DNA from: the human T2T-CHM13v2.0 reference genome, Homo sapiens
DNA length: 64,000 nucleotides
Assembly (NCBI RefSeq): GCF_009914755.1
Contig: NC_060938.1
Strand: one strand, 5' to 3'
Shown: positions 58,814 through 64,000 of the stretch, piece after piece
How the letters are laid out: each line of letters starts with the position of its first letter
Position numbering within the stretch: position 1 is the stretch's first letter
Notes under the pieces: generated by a model
What the model saw: only the letters and a program-made list of their open reading frames with translations
What the model was told of the DNA's origin: nothing
The model's database searches: none
Made by a program: the position numbers and the translations under genes

Positions 58814-59397
58814 GATCTAGAACCAGAAATACCATCTGACCCAGCAATCCCATTACTAGGTATATGCCAAAAGGATTATAAATCATTCTGCTATAAAGAC
58901 ACATGCACACATATGTTTATTGCAGCACTATTTACAATAGCAAAGACTTGGAACCAACCCAAATGTCCATCAATGATAGGCTGGATAAAGAAAACGTGGC
59001 ACATATACACCATGGAATACTATGCAGCCATAAAAAGGGGTGAGTTCATGTCCTTTGCAGGGACATGGATGAAGCTGGAAGCCATCATCCTCAGCAAACT
59101 AACACGGAAACAGAAAACCAAACACTGCATGTCTCACTCATAAGTGGGAGCTGAACAATGAGAACACGTGGACACGGGGAGGGGAACATCATACCCTGGG
59201 GCCTGTCAGGACGGTGGGGAAAGGGGAGGGAGAGCATTAGGACAAATACCTAATGCATGCGGGGCTTAAAGCCTAGATGATGGGTTGATAGGTGCAGCAA
59301 ACCACCATGGCACATGTATACCTACGTAACAAACCTGCATATTCAGCACATTCAGTTCTATGTATCCTAGAACTTAAAGTACAATTTAAAAAAAAAT
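58814..59397 (+). mobile_element. 5'-truncated L1PA (L1PA7/8-like) 3' end including the ORF2 C-terminus
   Basis: Translates as DPAIPLLGI...MFIAALFTIAKTWNQPKCPSM...YTMEYYAAIK...GTWMKLEAIILSKL; G-rich 3'UTR; aacttaaagta plus poly(A). Confidence 0.95.
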
Positions 59398-59867
59398 TAA
59401 GGAGAAAAAAAGAATTTTCCATTGCCTTTGCACAATAGTTTTAAGTTCTTCAATTATTGAGTGATATTTTGCTTTGTTTGTATCCTTTTAGGCTGGTTAT
59501 TCTCAGCCATGCCTGCACATTGGAATCACCTGCAGAGCTTTAAAAAAAAAATACGGTAAAAGCTGTCAGGTCCCCCTCCTCTCCCATTATTGATAGTCAC
59601 TTGACACCCACACTTGGGGTGTGGCCTAGACACCAGGATTGTTTAAAGCTCCCCATGTGATTGTAAGGCGGAGAGCCCTGTTTTAGGCGGTCATGTATGT
59701 TCTTTAATTCACCACCTTTCAGAAATCTGTAGGAAACCTAAGATAGGTTATTTTAAAAATGGATGTAAGTTCTTAAAATAAATTTTGTCTTATTGTAGCG
59801 ATTCAAACCCACCATCTTTCCTGCTATTTAAAATGTTGGTCAACTCCCTAGTGACAATCTGCATTCC

Positions 59868-59973
59868 TGTATATATATATAAACATACACACACACACAC
59901 ATAAATCTATACATAAGTGTGTGTATATACATATATACACATATATATCAATACATATATACATATGTATACA
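59868..59973. repeat. (TA)n/(CA)n/(TG)n low-complexity repeat, partly self-complementary
   Basis: Seen directly. Confidence 0.85.
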
Positions 59974-60071
59974 TGCGCCTGGGTTAATGTTGGCCTTTGG
60001 GGAAAAATAATGTTGGAAATTATCATTATCATTTGATAATTATCAATTATCAAACATATATATATGTTTCT

Positions 60072-60275
60072 CTGGCTCTGAAGTCAGAACAGCCTTGCTC
60101 CACAACTTCCATCTCTGCCTTAGGCAAATCAGTTCACCTCTGTGAGCCTCAGTTTTCCCATCTGTTCCATGGGGATAATGGTAGTCTCTGTCTCATAGTT
60201 ACTGTGAGGATTAAATGTGTTTAGTACGCGTAAGGCTGTTAGAACAGTGCCTTACACATAGTAAGTGCTCAGTTC
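60072..60275 (+). mobile_element. MIR SINE
   Basis: ccttaggcaaatcagttcacctctgtgagcctcagttttcccatctgttccatggggataat...acatagtaagtgctca. Confidence 0.8.
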
Positions 60276-62639
60276 CTGTCAGCAGATCTTTTTAGTACTA
60301 ACAAAGGTACCAGGTTAGGCTCTTTTGGTTACTGTATCTTCCTTAATCATTTAATGCCCACACCCTATGAGGTCGGTAGAAGCAGAAGCGAAAGGAAGAA
60401 AGGTCACTTGCCATTGGTGGTCATCAGAGCAGGAACTGGAACCTATGTCCAAGCTGCCCCCTCCGTAGGTCATGCCTTGGCCACCTAACCCTACCTGGAA
60501 ACAAAGGAATTGATCAGTCCTAGAAATCCATCCTAGAGAAATTCTTGGAGAAAATTGCCAGGAAAAGTGGACCAGGACTGTTTTTTGCTGCTGGGGTTCT
60601 GCCAGGTGCTGCCCTGGGCACCCTGCCCTCCAGTGGCAGGCACAGGAATGCAGCTCTTCTAGGCCATGGAGTTCTTATTGTGGTATAAAGAGACCTGGAT
60701 TTACAGTCAGAAAACCTGCACCACGGGACCTGCCTCTTCCCTCTCCAGCAGTGAGGCTGTTGGCTAGCTAGTATCTCTCAGCTTCAGTTCCTGATGCCCC
60801 TGCCTTGGGCCAGGCCCCCACTGGCCACGTGTGGACCCCTGAGTAGTTGGCCGGCTGCCTGCTCGCTTGACTCCCCAGCCCGTCATTTCTATGGCTTCAC
60901 GTTCGTCTTCATAAGAGCAGATGCGTTCTTCTCACAGTCACGTCTAAAGACCCCGGGGTCCTCATGGCAGAGAAGGAGACCTGATGTTTATTCAAGTCTA
61001 GCCACAGCTGGAAGTAAGATATGGGGCACCCCCCACTCTGCAGTCTATCCTCATTCTGTGCCCTCCCCTCCTGCACACCCCTCTGTGTGGACCCTGGAGG
61101 GGGCCGGGAGGCAGGAGGTTCAAATGTGGAATTGACAGGCCACACAAGCGCTCACAGATGGAAGACAAAACACCTGAATGTCACAGAGGCTTTGCATGTG
61201 CTGCGCCCCTGCCTGGAGTGCCCTTCCTCTCTCTGCCTCAAGATGCCTAGCTGCCTAGCCTGTGAGGTGCAGCGGGACCTCCCCTCCTTTGGAATATTGC
61301 CTGTCTGCACACCAGGCAGCATTGTGACCACTGCACTTAAATCCCCCCTGGCTGCAGCTCAAGCTAGTGCCAACGTGCTTGCTTCCCATGCGGCCTCTCT
61401 TGCTAGACCGGTAACTTGCTGAGGGCAGAGAGAGACTGTATCAACCCTCCGAGTGGCCCTCCCTACCCCAGCAAGGTGACCGGCACCGAATGGGCTTGAC
61501 CGTGAGCGTATGAATGTTCATGCAGAAGATGAGAGATGCTTCCCAGACATCTACACGCCCTCGTCAGCCTCCTCCTCTGAGCCCCTGTACACCCCCTGGG
61601 GCCTCTAGCTACAGTTGCACCTTCTTATCCACCCCCAGGACCCAGCATTTCCGCGGGAAGATCTTCAGCGGGTCCCAAGCCATGCCTGGCTGGACCACAC
61701 TCGCCGTGGCGGGACAGCATGCTTTCGGCGGAGCAGAGCGGGTCTGAAATGTAAGACAGAATTAGTCTGGAGCAAACCACTTAATGACTCCAGCTTGACT
61801 CAAATGAGATATGAACCGAGTAAACACTGAGCGAAATGAATTTTTGATTACCGCTTGGGCATTGTGAATATTTCTGTCTGCCTTGCCTGGTGGTTGTTTT
61901 CCCCCCAGCTCAAGCATGAAATACACTCCACAGCTCCTCAGAAGAGCGTGGCAAACAGGGTCTTTGGGGTAAAGTAATGTTGGAAATTATCAGCATAAGA
62001 AAGGAAAATGACAGGCCTCCTCAGGCAGAGGTTTTAGCCTCTCTTCTGTAATTAAAACTTACTTTAAATTTCAGGCTGTGTTGATCAAGACTGAAGGGGA
62101 GGGAGTGTTGCGCATTACAGCATAAATCATATTTTATGATTTATGTAATGCCCTGATGTTTTTTTCAGGGATGTTTAATGGAGCAGGGGTTTAAGATCAA
62201 TTCTGATTTCTAGAAACATTATCAGTGTGTGCATGGGGGCCTGCTCTGGGCCTGTGCTTGAGATGGGGGGTGGGGTGGGGGATTTGAAGTTGAATTGGCT
62301 AAGAAGGCTGCCCTCAAGCAGGTAGATATACATTCGGTGTAGGGACAGGTAGAAATGTCTCACGGCTCTAGGAAAAGGCGGCAAGTTCAGAGCCCCAACA
62401 GGTCAATCCTGGCTGGCTTCATGGAGGTGGCATTTTAAGCAGGACTTGGAAGATACTGAGGCTTTAAATGAGCATTACAGTGGAGCTGTCAGGAGGCTGT
62501 TTGTAAGGGTTACTAAGTGACCTACTGGCAGGATGCAAAGAAAGGAGGGATCTGGCTTCTCTCTACTGCCCTCCTCCTCTTCCCCTGACTTAAAGCCTTG
62601 CTCAGGCTGGCCACTGCTAAGCAGAGCATAAGATTTAAG

Positions 62640-62865
62640 AAATGGAGCTCTGTGAGGCATACTACCTGAATCTGAATTCTGGCCCTTGCTCACACTAGCT
62701 GTGTGATTTCAGATGAGTGACTTAACCTCTCTGAGCCCCCATTCCTGTATCTGTAATGAAGGGGGATAAGGTTACCTAAGAGAGAAGGGAGTTCTGAGGA
62801 ATAAATTGGGCAACATATAAGAACTAGAACTATGCCTGACAAACAGCAAGCGCTTAACAAGCATC
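62640..62865 (+). mobile_element. MIR SINE
   Basis: ctagctgtgtgatttcagatgagtgacttaacctctctgagcccc. Confidence 0.7.
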
Positions 62866-63003
62866 TGTTGCTGCTACAGTTGCCGCAGTTACCAGCTGAT
62901 TGATCTTGCCCAGTTTGGATCTCGCCTTAACTCTTAGCACCTCTGCTAAGACACAGTGCCTACCCATGCCTTCTGTAGATTATCTTTTTGCAAAAATCAT
63001 GCC

Positions 63004-63289
63004 GGCCAGGCGCGGTGGCTCATGCCTGTAATCCCAGCACTTCGGGAGGCTGAGGTGGGCGGATCACGAGGCCAGGAGATCGATACCATCCTGGCCAACA
63101 TGGTGAAACCCTGTCCCTACTAAAAATACAAAAATTAACTGGGCGTGTGCGTGTAATCTCAGCTGCTCGGGAGGCTGAGGCAGGAGAATCGCTTGAACCA
63201 GGGAGTTGGAGGTTGCAATGAGCCTAGACTGTACCACTGCACTCCAGCCTGGCGACAGAGCGAGACTCCGTCTTTAAAAAAAAAAAAAA
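63004..63289 (+). mobile_element. Alu (AluSc-like)
   Basis: ggagatcgataccatcctggccaacatgg; cagcctggcgacagag; TSD aaaaatcatgc. Confidence 0.95.
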
Positions 63290-64000
63290 TCATGCAATGT
63301 TATTTTTAATTACGTACAAAGATCTAACATGTCACCCAGAGACCATTTCACCCATTATTATTCATAACATACCCGGGAGAGGGGCTGTCAGGTAGTTCCT
63401 ATTGCTGAAGAGGAGAGGCAGGCTCAGCAGGAGGTGGCATGGTCAAGATCGCACAGCTGCGGGGCCCCATTTGGATGCACTCTGGGGCTTCTGCGCACCG
63501 GCTATCTCCCCCAGCTGCCTGGGAAGAGTGATGAGCCCTTGTCCCATGAGGCTGAGCTGGGTGTCGCAAGGACAGCATCTGCTCCTTCCACGATCCTTCC
63601 TCCCAGCTCCCCCATCCCAGACCTTAATGCTCTTCTTGAATTTGATGTCGCACCTCCTGGGATGCGAGGGGAGAGGTAAGGTGAGTGGGCGGCACCATGT
63701 CTGCCTCTGCGGCAGGCCAGGCCAGCAGTTATGGAGGAGGAAGAGTTTCCGGATGGATGGCTCGATCGCAGGTTCTGGGGGCTTCAAGGCAGCTTGCCCC
63801 TGGCAGGGAGCTGGGTCCTGTCCCTGTTTGGAGGGCCATCCAAAGCAACTGTGAGATCCCTCAGAGGCACGATTTTCAGACTCCAAGACCCCATTCTTAG
63901 GAGTTTATTGGGTGTGTTTCCCTTCATGGTTTCGTTTTTTTCCCCTTTCGATAGGTGGTTCTAGCTCGGTGGGAGGGGATGCTTTGGGAGGGTAGTTTGT

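Noticed and set aside
58760-59143. 127-aa ORF with real protein similarity
   Set aside because: It is the C-terminus of L1 ORF2 in a truncated L1PA copy, not a host gene.

Overview
Human (primate) genomic DNA covering the 5' end of SLC24A4 (NCKX4, K+-dependent Na+/Ca2+ exchanger) on the + strand. It contains a CpG-island promoter (~450-2300), coding exon 1 (ATG 1577 to donor after 1706, 130 nt), coding exon 2 (3614-3724, 111 nt) and about 60 kb of intron 2; exon 3 is not in the window. The intron is a mosaic of Alu, MIR, L1, L2, MaLR/ERV1 LTR and hAT/TcMar DNA-transposon fossils plus microsatellites. Almost every ORF in the supplied track is spurious. I see no new multi-gene system. The best leads are: an apparently G-to-A hypermutated MER50 solo LTR, a diverged ~310 bp local duplication with a near-identical 3' end, three short uORFs before the main ATG, a candidate site-1-protease motif (RKLM) in exon 2, a palindrome carrying two PBX-HOX motifs, a duplicated PU.1-like site, and candidate recursive or cryptic splice sites. 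Repeat subfamily calls and boundaries were made by eye from remembered consensus sequences and are approximate.
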